From: Pecten maximus
Lineage: Eukaryota
Assembly: GCF_902652985.1 (NCBI RefSeq)
Contig: NC_047015.1
Span: 32,860,001-32,924,000 of the forward strand
Reading direction: 5' to 3'
DNA length: 64,000 nucleotides
Shown piece after piece: positions 13,297-25,467 of the stretch (the first letter of the stretch is position 1; each line of letters begins with the position of its first letter). Made by a program: the position numbers and the translations under genes. The notes beneath the pieces were generated by a model. That model saw only the letters and a program-made list of their open reading frames with translations, was not told the origin of the DNA and did no database searches.

Positions 13297-15616
13297 AGGA
13301 CTACTGTCGATAAGGACCACTGTCGATAAGGACTACTGTCGATAAGGACTACTGTCGATAAGGACTACTGTCGATAAGGACCACTGTCGATAATGACTAC
13401 TGTCGATAAGGACTACTGTCGATAAGGACCACTGTCGATAAGGACTACTGACGATAAGGACTAATGCCGATAAGGACTACTGTCGATAAGGACTAATGCC
13501 GAAAAGGACTACTGTCGGTAAGGACTACTGCCGATAAGGACTACTGTCGATAAGGACTAATGCCGATAAGGACTACTGTCGATAAGGACCACTGTCGATA
13601 AGGACCACTGTCGATAAGGACTACTGTCGATAAGGACTAATGCCGAAAAGGACTACTGTCGGTAAGGACTACTGTCGATAAGGACCACTGTCTATAAGGA
13701 CCACTGTCGATAAGGACTACTGTCGATAAGGACCACTGTCGATAAGGACTACTGTCGATAAGGACCACTGTCGATAAGGACCACTGTCGATAAGGACTAC
13801 TGTCGATAAGGACTATAATGCCGATAAGGACTATAATGCCGATAAGGACTACTGTCGATAAGGACTACTGTCGGTAAGGACTACTGTCGGTAAGGACCAC
13901 TGTCGATAAGGACTACTGTCGATAAGGACGGACGATAAGGACCACTGTCGATAAGGACGGCCGATAAGGACTACTGTCGATAAGGACTAATGCCGATAAG
14001 GACTACTGACGATAAGGACTACTGTCAATAAGGACCACTGTCGATAAGGACCACTGTCAATAAGGACCACTGTCGATAAGGACTACTGTCGATAAGGACT
14101 ACTGTCGATAAAGACCACTGTCGATAAGGACGGCCGATAAGGACTACTGTCGATAAAGACCACTGTCGATAAGGACGGCCGATAAGGACTACTGTCGATA
14201 AGGACTACTGTCGATAAGGACTAATGCCGATAAGGACTACTGACGATAAGGACTGTCGATAAGGACCACTGTCAATAAGGACCACTGTCGATAAGGACCA
14301 CTGTCAATAAGGACCACTGTCGATAAGGACCACTGTCGATAAGGACTACTGTCGATAAGGACTACTGTCAATAAGGACCACTGTCGATAAGGACCACTGT
14401 CAATAAGGACCACTGTCGATAAGGACCACTGTCGATAAGGACTACTGTCGATAAGGACTACTGTCGATAAGGACTACTGTCGATAAGGACCAATGTCGAT
14501 AAGGACCACTGTCGATAAGGACTACTGTCGATAAGGACTACTGTCAATAAGGACCACTGTCGATAAGGACCACTGTCGATAAGGACGGCCGATAAGGACC
14601 ACTGTCGATAAGGACTACTGTCGATAAGGACCACTGTCGATAAGGACCACTGTCGATAAGGACCACTGTCGATAAGGACTCCTGCCGATAAGGAATACTG
14701 TCGATAAGGACTACTGTCGATAAGGACGGCCGATAAGGACCACTGTCGATAAGGACGGCCGATAAGGACTACTGTCGATAAGGACCACTGTCAATAAGGA
14801 CCACTGTCGATAAGGACCACTGTCGATAAAGACTACTGTCGATAAGGACTACTGCCGATAAGGACCACTGTCGATAAGGACTACTGTCGATAAGGACGGC
14901 CGATAAGGACCACTGTCGATAAGGACTACTGTCGATAAGGACTACTGTCGATAAGGACCACTGTCAATAAGGACCACTGTCAATAAGGAATACTGTCGAT
15001 AAGGACTACTGTCGATAAGGACTACTGTCGATAAGGACCACTGTCGATAAGGACCACTGTCGATAAGGACCACTGTCGATAAGGACTCCTGCCGATAAGG
15101 ACTACTGCCGATAAGGACCACTGCCGATAAAGACCACTGTCGATAAGGACTAATGCCGATAATGACCACTGTCGATAAGGACCACTGTCGATAAGGACTA
15201 CTGTCGGTAAGGACCACTGTCGATAAGGACTACTGTCGATAAGGACCACTGTCGATAAGGACTACTGACGATAAGGACTATAATGCCGATAAGGACTACT
15301 GTCGATAAGGACCACTGTCGATAAGGACCACTGTCGATAAGGACTACTGTCGATAAGGACCACTGTCGGTAAGGACCACTGTCGATAAGGACCACTGTCG
15401 ATAAGGACCACTGTCGATAAGGACTACTGTCGATAAGGACCACTGTCGATAAGGACTACTGACGATAAGGACTAATGCCGATAAGGACTACTGTCGATAA
15501 GGACTACAGTCGATAAGGACTATAATGCCGATAAGGACTAATGCCGATAAGGACCACTGTCGATAAGGACTACTGCTGATAAGGGCTATAATGCCGATAA
15601 GGACTTCTGACGATAA
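13297..15616. repeat. Minisatellite, 16-bp unit, ~145 copies
   Basis: Unit GGAC[T/C]ACTGTCGATAA, with a 13-bp variant (GGACGGCCGATAA) and an 18-bp variant (GGACTATAATGCCGATAA). Confidence 0.98.
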
Positions 15617-16028
15617 ATCGATAAAACCGATTGTATGTATGTTGAGGCTACGCCATCGCTATAACCAGGGTTATTTGAGGACAGTTGACTAATGGTATCA
15701 CGATTACTAGAATGTAAGAAGACAATTAAAGACCTCTGATTAACATGGTAACATGAAATGAGATGTGTATAAAGAGATGTCTTATGCTTTACTGAAAAAA
15801 AAAGAGAAAAGATGGCAAAACCACCCCTAAAAAAAACAGGGGGGGGGGGGGGAGGGGGGACTCATTGATTCCTCTATTCCTACAGGAAGTGAACAAGATA
15901 GTACTGTCACGTTATCTATTGTTCCTTACCGACGGGATCAATGAGTGGAGAAGACGACACCAGCTGGGTCCTTATTATGACCAAATTCAAACTTCTTAGT
16001 AGAGAAATAATAAAAATGTAGGCAGGCA

Positions 16029-16349
16029 TATTGGTATTATTGTGTATTGTCAGATGTTAAAGTGGCCATATTGTCTAGCCGATGTATTGGTATTATTGTG
16101 TATTGTCAGTTGTGACAGTGGCCATATTGTCTAGCCGATGTATTGGTATTATTGTGTATTGAAAGTTGTGACAGTGGCCATATTGTCTAACCGATGTATT
16201 GGTATTATTGTGTATTGTCAGTTGTGACAGTGGCCATATTATCTAGCCGATGTATTGGTATTATTGTGTATTGTCCGTTGTGACAGTGGCCATATTGTCT
16301 AGCCGATGTATTGATTTTATTGTGTTTTGTCAGTTGTAAGAGTGGCCAT
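16029..16349. repeat. Minisatellite, 56-bp unit, ~5.7 copies
   Basis: Unit TATTGGTATTATTGTGTATTGTCAGTTGTGACAGTGGCCATATTGTCTAGCCGATG, starting at 16029, 16085, 16141... Confidence 0.96.
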
Positions 16350-17460
16350 TTTGACAACTTAAAATTATCAACAAAATACCACATCGAGGCTGACCGGATG
16401 TGGCTGAATATTCCCTACACGTACAAGGATAATTCTGGATCAAAAGTAAAAGGCCGGGTTGATTAAAGCTTATATAGAGATATAATGATACAGGTAATTG
16501 CATTAAGCGAGACATACTCAATAATTCATCCCAATCGTGCCCAATAATACGCGGTTGTACCGTACACGGGGTACAGGTAATGTTTGCCCGGGGTTGTTGT
16601 GATCTACAGTTATTTGTATGTGTACTCGGAGTTACCTCGGTAATTAGATTACGTATTCGGTTCATAAATCAATCAGAATGAATCAATGTTTTTGAAGTCG
16701 CCCTAACAACGTACATCTTAATGAGGTTTCAAGTTTTAAAATGTAATTTAACGTGAATTTTACTTTTCTTTCCTGCAGCGTAATGGTAAAATATCTCTTT
16801 AACTCCTTTCAATGGCTATCCTGTAATTCCGCTGTCCGCTGTATCCGCAAATCGCACGCAATGTTGCGAGATGACAAACTGTACCTAGATGTTAGACTGC
16901 AAATAAACTGTAAATGATTTGAATGCATCTTCAAATGAAGTATTACCATTGTCCGTGTCCAATGAAGGATTTCTACGGGTAATCAGAGCGAACTCGCAGT
17001 AGGAATAGAACGGGCTCTCTATGCCTTACCGTTAGTGCTTGTCAAATGAAATAAACTCGTCAACGACAGGAGTATGAGGAAGACAAGCACGACTGCTGGA
17101 TTTGAAGCTATTTGTGTTAATTTGATACGGCTGGGATCGTTATTTTATCAGTCGTTGTGACACATCCATACAATGGCTCTAGTGTTATATCATACTTAAA
17201 ATAATTTCGTTATATTGAGAATGATATAACGATTGATTGGATATTTTTATGTGAAATCAAAACAGTGGTTAATGGAGGCTTTTAACTAGTGATAACTAGT
17301 CAAAGCTTCTTGTTTTCCACACCTTGTCATATCTTGTTCAGACGTAAACAAATGTACATAACGCCCCTCGTCTCGTGAGTAACCAGCCACTCCATTACGG
17401 TAAAACAATTCATCACTCCTTCAAAGCCCTCGTAACGCCAAACTTCACTGAACAAGAAAT

Positions 17461-20437
17461 AGTAATACACTGCACATAGAATGGTAGTGTAATACACTGG
17501 ACACGGAATGGTAGTGTAATACACTGGACACGGAATGGTAGTGTAATACACTGGACACGGAATGGTAGTGTAATACACTGGACACGGACTGGTAGTATAA
17601 TACACTGGACACGGAATGTTAGTGTAATACACTGGACACGGAATGGTAGTGTAATATACTGGACACGGAATGGTAGTGTAATACACTGGACACGGAATGG
17701 TAGTGTAATACACTGGACACGGAATTGTAGTGTAATACACTGGACACGGAATGGTAGTGTAATACACAGGGCATGGAATGGTAGTATAATACACTGGACA
17801 CGGAATGTTAGTAAAATACACTGGACATAGAATGGTAGTATAATACACTGGACATAGAATGTTAGTGTAATACACTGGACATGGAATGTTAGTATAATAC
17901 ACTGGACACGGAATGTTAGTAAAATACACTGGACATAGAATGGTAGTATAATACACTGGACATAGAATGGTAGTATAATACACTGGACACGGAATGTTAG
18001 TAAAATACACTGGACATAGAATGGTAGTATAATACACTGAACATGTAATGGTAGTGTAATACACTGTACACGGAATGGTAGTGTAATACACTGGACACGG
18101 AATGGTAGTGTAATACACTGGACACGGAATGGTAGTGTAATACACTGGACACGGAATGGTAGTGTAATACACTGGACATGGAATGGTAGTGTAATACACA
18201 GGACATAGAATGGTAGTGTAATACACAGGACATGGAATGGTAGTATAATACACTGGACACGGAATGGTAGTGTAATACACAGGACATAGAATGGTAGTAT
18301 AATACACTGGACATAGAATATTAGTGTAATACACTGGACATGGAATGGTAGTGTAATACACTGGACATGGAATGTTAGTGTAATACACTGGACATAGAAT
18401 GTTAGTGTAATACACTGGACATAGAATGGTAGTGTAATACACTGGACATAGAATGGTAGTATAATACACTGGACATGGAATGTTAGTGTAATACACTGGA
18501 CATGGAATGGTAGTGTAATACACTGGACACGGAATGGTAGTGTAATACACTGGACACGGAATGGTAGTGTAATACACTGGACACGGAATGGTAGTGTAAT
18601 ACACTGGACACAGAATGGTAGTGTAATACACTGGACACGGAATGGTAGTGTAATACACTGGACACGGAATGGTAGTGTAATACACTGGACACGGAATTGT
18701 AGTGTAATACACTGGACACGGAATGGTAGTGTAATACACTGGACACGGAATGGTAGTGTAATACACTGCACATGGAATTGTAGTGTAATACACTGGACAC
18801 GGAATGGTAGTGTAATACACTGGACACGGACTGGTAGTATAATACACTGGACACGGAATGTTAGTATAATACACTGGACACGGAATGGTAGTGTAATACA
18901 CTGGACATATAATGGTAGTGTAATACACTGGACATGGAATGGTAGTGCAATACACTGGACATATAATGGTAGTGTAATACACTGGACATGGAATGGTAGT
19001 GTAATACACTGGACACGGAATGGTAGTGTAATACACTGGACACGGAATGGTAGTGTAATACACTGGACATGGAATGGTAGTGTAATACACTGGACACGGA
19101 ATGGTAGTGTAATACACTGGACACGGAATGGTAGTGTAATACACTGGACATGGAATGGTAGTGTAATATACTGGACACGGAATGGTAGTGTAATACACTG
19201 GACACGGAGTGGTGGTGTAATACACTGGACACGAAATGGTAGTGTAATACACTGGACACGGAATGTTAGTGTAATACATTGGACATGGAATGGTAGTGTA
19301 ATAAACTGGACACGGAATGGTAGTGTAATACACTGGACACGGAATGGTAGTGTAATACACTGGACACGGAATGGTAGTGTAATACACTGGACACGGAATT
19401 GTAGTGTAATACACTGGACACGGAATGGTAGTATAATACACTGGACACGGAATGGTAGTGTAATACACTGGACACGGAATGGTAGTGTAATACACTGGAC
19501 ACGGAATGGTAGAGTAATACACTGGACACGGAATGGTAGTGTAATACACTGGACACGGAATGGTAGTGTAATACACTGGACACGGAATGGTAGTGTAATA
19601 CACTGCACATGGAATGGTATTGTAATACACTGGACACGGAATGGTAGTGTAATACACTGGACATGGAATGGTAGTGTAATACACTGGACACGGAATGGTA
19701 GTGTAGTACACTGTGCATGGAATGGTAGTGTAATACACTGGACACGGAATGGTAGTGTAATACACTGGACATAGAATGGTAGTGTAATACACTGGACTCG
19801 GAATGGTAGTGTAATATACTGGACACGGAATGGTAGTGTAATACACTGGACACGGAATGGTAGTATAATACACTGGACACGGAATGGTAGTGTAATACAC
19901 TGGATACGGAATGGTAGTGTAATACACTGGACATGGAATGGTAGTGTAATACATTGGAAACGGAATGGTAGTGTAATACACTGGACATGGAATGGTAGTG
20001 TAATATACTGGACACGGAATGGTAGTATAATACATTGGACATGGAATGTTAGTGTAATACACTGGACATAGAATGGTAGTGTAATACACTGGACATAGAA
20101 TGGTAGTGTAATACACTGGACATAGAATGGTAGTGTAATACACTAGACACGGAATGGTAGTGTAATACATTGGACATAGAATGGTAGTGTAATACATTGG
20201 ACATAGAATGGTAGTGTAATACACTGGACACGGACTGGTAGTATAATACACTGGACATGGAATGGTAGTGTAATACACTGGACATGGAATGGTAGTGTAA
20301 TACACTGGACACGGAATGTTAGTGTAATACACTGGACACGGAATGGTAGTGTAATACATTGGACACGGAATGTTATTGTAATACACTGGACACTGAATGG
20401 TAGTGTAATACACTGGACATAGAATGGTAGTGTATTA
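17461..20437. repeat. Minisatellite, 27-bp unit, ~110 copies (source of the 1028-aa YYTTIPCPV-repeat ORF on the - strand)
   Basis: Unit GTGTAATACACTGGACACGGAATGGTA; no frame-shifting indels are apparent across ~3 kb. Confidence 0.98.
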
Positions 20438-23400
20438 TAATTGGTGGAAATATACCCCTATAGTACTATGTTCACACACGTATCATCCTTTATGATGATG
20501 TCTGTCTGGTGTACTATACAGACATACAATCATTTAAACCACCCTGGTGTCGACACCGGTACGTTTCCGTACCCTTTCAGGAGTAACACATATGTAGCGT
20601 ACCCTGATGTCTGTTTGGCGACCTACAAACATCTCGACTATTTATTGTCGTTTCCACAGGACTAAAGGTCCGCGACTTTTGACACTGTTCACCATGATCC
20701 AGACAAATCGGTCGACTTTGTCATAGGGAGAGGTCATGAGGTGTTTCAAGCTCCATGTCTGTAAACGTCGTCATTCGGAACACCTCTAACAATACTGGTG
20801 TACTTCACCTCTCTAAATTATTCATAAAGCTAGGTCTGTAGATACGTTATTAAATTCCAGCAAGGGATATGGTCTGTTTATTCCTGCTTCGCTCTTTTCG
20901 ACACCTGTGTCTGTACTTTCTCCATTGTAGTTCCTTCGACCTTTCTCAGAATATCAACTTATAACAGCACCAGACGGTAAACGGATATAACTACTTCATA
21001 CGCTTAATTCGGGGAAAGTCTCTCAAACTAAGTAAGTCAGGCAATGGTAGGCAGTTTAAAAGTCACTTTGACAGATCCAGGCCGATCCAATGATTGCTTT
21101 ATAACCACTTTACTTGCAATTTGTTGGGAAAGCAGCTGGTATTGACTTTAGACGTATCCGCTGACAGAAATGTAATGTACCCAGTAAAGCCCATTTAAAC
21201 TAATAAACTCAACCTGGTACCTTTAGCTTAGGAACACGACTCGCAACAAAAGATCCCTCAAACTATTGATCTTAAAGAACTGTCGCTCTAACGTGCAATC
21301 AATAGTTCCGAACTGACAAAGAAGCTTTAAATTACTTTAACACACACGTTTATTTTTTTTTCTGCTTATTAATGAATTACTAAGTGTATCTTTTCATCTA
21401 TGGGTGAAAATTCTTTCACTGGACTTTCCCTCGAACAGTAATACGGTTAACTTTAAATAGCTTCCACTGATTCAGTTAAATGAAAAAACAAATGTTTGTT
21501 TTGTTTTATTCCGTCAGGATTTAAATCATTACTAGTCGAGCTTTTCTTGACGCTACAATTATGGATACTCTATCTGGTCATTTAAGAGAGTTGTAATGTT
21601 CCTATTTGATCTCGAATCAAGTACCGGAAGTGAATTCGCAAAGTGTAATCAGCGGGAACTTCTCGTATGTTCACAATACAACAATATATCAGTCGGGGTG
21701 TAGGAATATGATCTAAAGTGAAATGCCGCTTATTGATATGCATATCTGACAATTTGTAAATGCGTGAAAATACCACAATATTGATTACGATTAATAACAA
21801 TTTACCACCAAGTTTATTTTTTTCAAATCATTATTGATAGAAATGAACATAAATAATGATTATCACAATTGCACACTACGCTTTTTTGTGTAATGATTTC
21901 CACAACTCCGTAAAGCGACCTTTAAGTGTTAGTCAATCAAAACGCATTAAATCACGTGATGAAAAAAAGTCCGGCCAAAGGTCACACGCATGGTATATAC
22001 AACAGTTATACTGAATATTTCATACATTATGAGATGAATAACGCCCAACTATTGTGGTAGAAACAGGTTTAAACGTCATAAGAGACATTCAAATCACTTG
22101 TTAGTAATATCTTAACAAAAATAGCTCAGAGTTGATTCCATGGTTAGTAAACTTGTAAACGTTTGTCAAATCGATAACAGCAGACTAAAGCTACAACAGC
22201 GTCGACAGCATGTGCTGACTTTTAATGACGATGAGTACTGGGATTTATAAATATTTATAACAGGGAATGTTTACATGGACCTAAATTCTTCGAAATTAAC
22301 CTAGACTGACATTCGCTGAAAGGGAGGTCAAACCATGCATAAAACATGGCAATAGTTTGTTTACTTATAATCAAAATGTTTTTTTTAATGTATTTCACTG
22401 ATTAAAACTGTAAGAACAGGCCCCATGTTGAAGAACATATTTGACTCTTAATTCAATATTTTCTACAAACAAAACCGAGTTCGACAGACTTGTCTGCCAC
22501 CTCAACGCCGTGCCAAGAAAAAGTCGATCTTGTGTGGATGTTGGAAAATTATGTTTCGTAAATACACGAACGCGAAGTAAAATCCGATTATAGGGACAAA
22601 CTTTGAGGTTTGATCTTCTGAACTTTGTGATTTCAAGACCTTGGAGTTGAAACACTTGGCGCATTCTGGCGCCGTGTACGCTATGAATCAATATAACAAG
22701 CACGATTCGTCAAAATTGGTATGTTGTATTCTATAAATGGAATTATAATGTTATCATTGAACATACAGCATCAAAACAGTCAGTACATGTATAACCACGT
22801 GGTTTCATTAATTTGGTACTTCGTATCCATCTATAAGATGGTGCTTTGTGTTCTGACATATACACTGCCGGAATGATAATGCCACTTATGAATATACAGC
22901 GATCTATACAAGTAATAACATTGGACATCTATGGTCCAGATAGAATATAAATACATATAACATCAACATATTACGAGCTAGTAGGAATTGGTTTCCATTG
23001 TATCCCTGCGTACTTCTAACGCTCTGTATTCTGATAGTCGACCCAACCTTTGTGGTGTAACAAGAATGATAAAAGCATGGAATTACTTCACCACAAATTT
23101 TAAATTTTCATACAAGTTTATGCCGACTTAGATGCCCCCTACGTTTTCTCCAGGATCTCCAAACTTTTGACCGAACGGATGGTCCTACAAGTATAAATCC
23201 TATTTTGAATGTCCTAAGCACACGTGTGTGTTATTTGAACAGTCGCATATTTTTAAAGATATATTCCATGTTATTCTTGTTTGTATATTGTATCTCGCTA
23301 TAGCCAGTAAACAGCCGTATAAACACCGTATATACCACATGACTATAAGAAATCCATATAAATAAGATATAAACAAGATAAACTGTGAATCATGTAGCAG

Positions 23401-23681
23401 TTCGTACCACTATATTGGAATTATTCATCAACATAACAATGTTGTGTACATGTTAACATCAGATAAGTCTGTGTAGTAATTCTATACAGTAGATAGTACG
23501 TATTACCTCGCGTACGACCCCAGTCTATAAGGTACTCTCCTAATGTTAGGTGTACTTCGGTACTTCCCCTAGGAATCGGGTATCCAGTTTCATGCAAACT
23601 GTTGCTATAATGTAGATTACTACAAACTCACATAAGATGATAGCTTCGAAAGTACGCTGAGTTATAAGTCCAACAAGGATG

Positions 23682-24036
23682 TGTGGCAGAACTAGACAGA
23701 GTTGTACGCCGGTGGCCAAGTAGCTCAAATGGTTAGAAGGTCCGTCTAAAATTCGGAGGTCCCGGGTTTGAGTCACGGTCTGATCATTGTATTTTTCCTC
23801 TCCTGATACATTTGACTCCCAACTAACTACCCATGGAAGTGGTATAGGGTCTCATGTGTGACTTCGGAGTCGAAATTTTGTTGAAGGAGGGAAAACTGTA
23901 GAGGAACTGGACTTGGCTGTGCGCCGCTGGACAGACAGCTCTCTGGTCAGACAGTTCAAATAGTTAGGGCGTCTATCTAGAGGAGGACTAGGTTCGAGTC
24001 TCTGTCTGTTTATTGCATTTTTCCTCTCATGTTACA
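23682..24036 (+). mobile_element. TRIM (miniature non-autonomous LTR retrotransposon) with tRNA-derived Pol III promoter in both LTRs (Helenus/Cassandra-like)
   Basis: 5' LTR 23682-23810 (TGTGGCAG...CCTGATACA) and 3' LTR 23897-24036 (TGTAGAGG...CATGTTACA) align along their length and both have TG...CA ends. PBS-like TGACTCCCAAC at 23813-23823; PPT GAAGGAGGGAAAA at 23883-23895. A box TAGCTCAAATGG 23721-23732; B boxes GGTTTGAGTC 23765-23774 and GGTTCGAGTC 23991-24000. Flanks are GATG / CATG (4-bp TSD, one mismatch). Confidence 0.8.
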
Positions 24037-24554
24037 CATGTTTTTTAAATGGTGTTAGTATTGCAATCAGTTTAACAGAATTTCCCTAAAAATCAGGTTG
24101 TCATTAGTTATGTAAATACCAAGGCTCTGTAGGTACATCGTCCTGCATAACCAATCAGCCAAACACGTTGTAGATGACTATGAGAATACCGTAGTAGAAT
24201 ATGTATTTATCCTATCTGAGAAAGCTTTTTCAGCCCGCCGAAGTACTCGCTATTCGATAGATTTATTCCGATTTCCCCTGGATAAGGCTTTCATAGTGAG
24301 GCTCTATTTTATACATGATGCGTATATGAGATGAGGTGAAGAGCCGAGGTCTCTGACGGACTCATTCAATTAACGTTAGAGATAGATTTTACTAAAGCCA
24401 TCACGATATGTGTTCAATAGGAATTAGCGTTGCGATACAGACCCGCAACGGGAGAGTAATCAGTGCCAACCTTTCTATCTATCGCACTGAACGTTTCCCC
24501 TGATATATGGATATAAACCAATTACCAATACAGCTATGACAGCTCAAACTCACA

Positions 24555-25467
24555 TATGGGCGAACTCTACCCCAGCGTCATGGAGAGGGGGTATATCACA
24601 ACTTCAACACCATATGCGGTAGAACTCGATACCAGCGTAGGTGATAGGAGACAGCTTGCTCTAATACTATATATGTTAGAAAACAACTCGCGGGGTTTTA
24701 TGACTATGAAAGCACCATATGCAATATACATCGACAACAGCGTAGCGTCCAGAAGTTGTATGATAGCTCCAACGTAGCATGCGGTAACAGTCGACACCAG
24801 CGTCACAGCAAAAGGTTACATGGCAGCTTCAACTTAACATACGGTAAAATGCGACACTATCGTCTTGGCGACGTATTTCATGACAGCAACAACACAGCAT
24901 ACGGCCAAACTCGACACCAGCCGAGGCGAGGACAAGAGCAAAGTGGGATAATGTGGCGGCTCCAAAACTACCTAATGTAGAACTCGATACCAGCGTTTGG
25001 GAAGAGGGTTCAAAGACTAGAACTCGACAACAGCTTTTGAAGAGCGCTTCAAACGCTAGAAATCAACAACAGCTTTGGGAGAGAGGTTCAGACACTAAAA
25101 CTCGTCACCAGCGTTTGGGGAGAGGGTTCCAAGAGTAGAACTCGACACCAGCGTTTGGGGAGAGGTTCAAACACTTGAACTCGACACCAGCGTTTGGGGA
25201 GAGGTTCAAACACTAGAACTCGACACCACCATTTGGGGAGATTGTTCAAACACTAGAACTTGACACCACCATTTGGGGAGAGGTTCAAACACTAGGAATT
25301 TGACACTAGCGTTGGAGAGAGGGTTAAACACTAGAATTCGATACCAGCTTTTGGGGAGAGGTTCAAACACTAGGACTCGACACCAGCGTTTGGTGAGGGG
25401 GTTCAAACACTAGAACTCGACACCAGCGTTTGGTGAGGGGGTTCAAACACTAGAACTCGACACTAGC
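24555..25467. repeat. Compound minisatellite: old degenerate ~60-bp units (24555-~24975) followed by a young 39-40-bp unit (~12 copies)
   Basis: Young unit AGAACTCGACACCAGCGTTTGGGGAGAGGTTCAAACACT. The core ACTCGACACCAGCGT recurs in degenerate form near 24563, 24623, 24730, 24790, 24850 and 24908. Confidence 0.88.

Noticed and set aside
14942-15443. ORFs in the 16-bp array (likewise 57755-58092, 61733-62209, 62571-62864, 30823-31111)
   Set aside because: Periodic translations of tandem repeats with no supporting gene structure.
23714-23785. Functional tRNA gene
   Set aside because: The acceptor and T stems are mismatched, the B box is mutated (GGTTTGA), and the unit is embedded in an LTR with a second decayed copy 230 bp away.
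24555-25467. CRISPR-like repeat-spacer array
   Set aside because: The 'spacers' resemble one another and grade into a plain tandem repeat. The context is eukaryotic and there are no cas genes.
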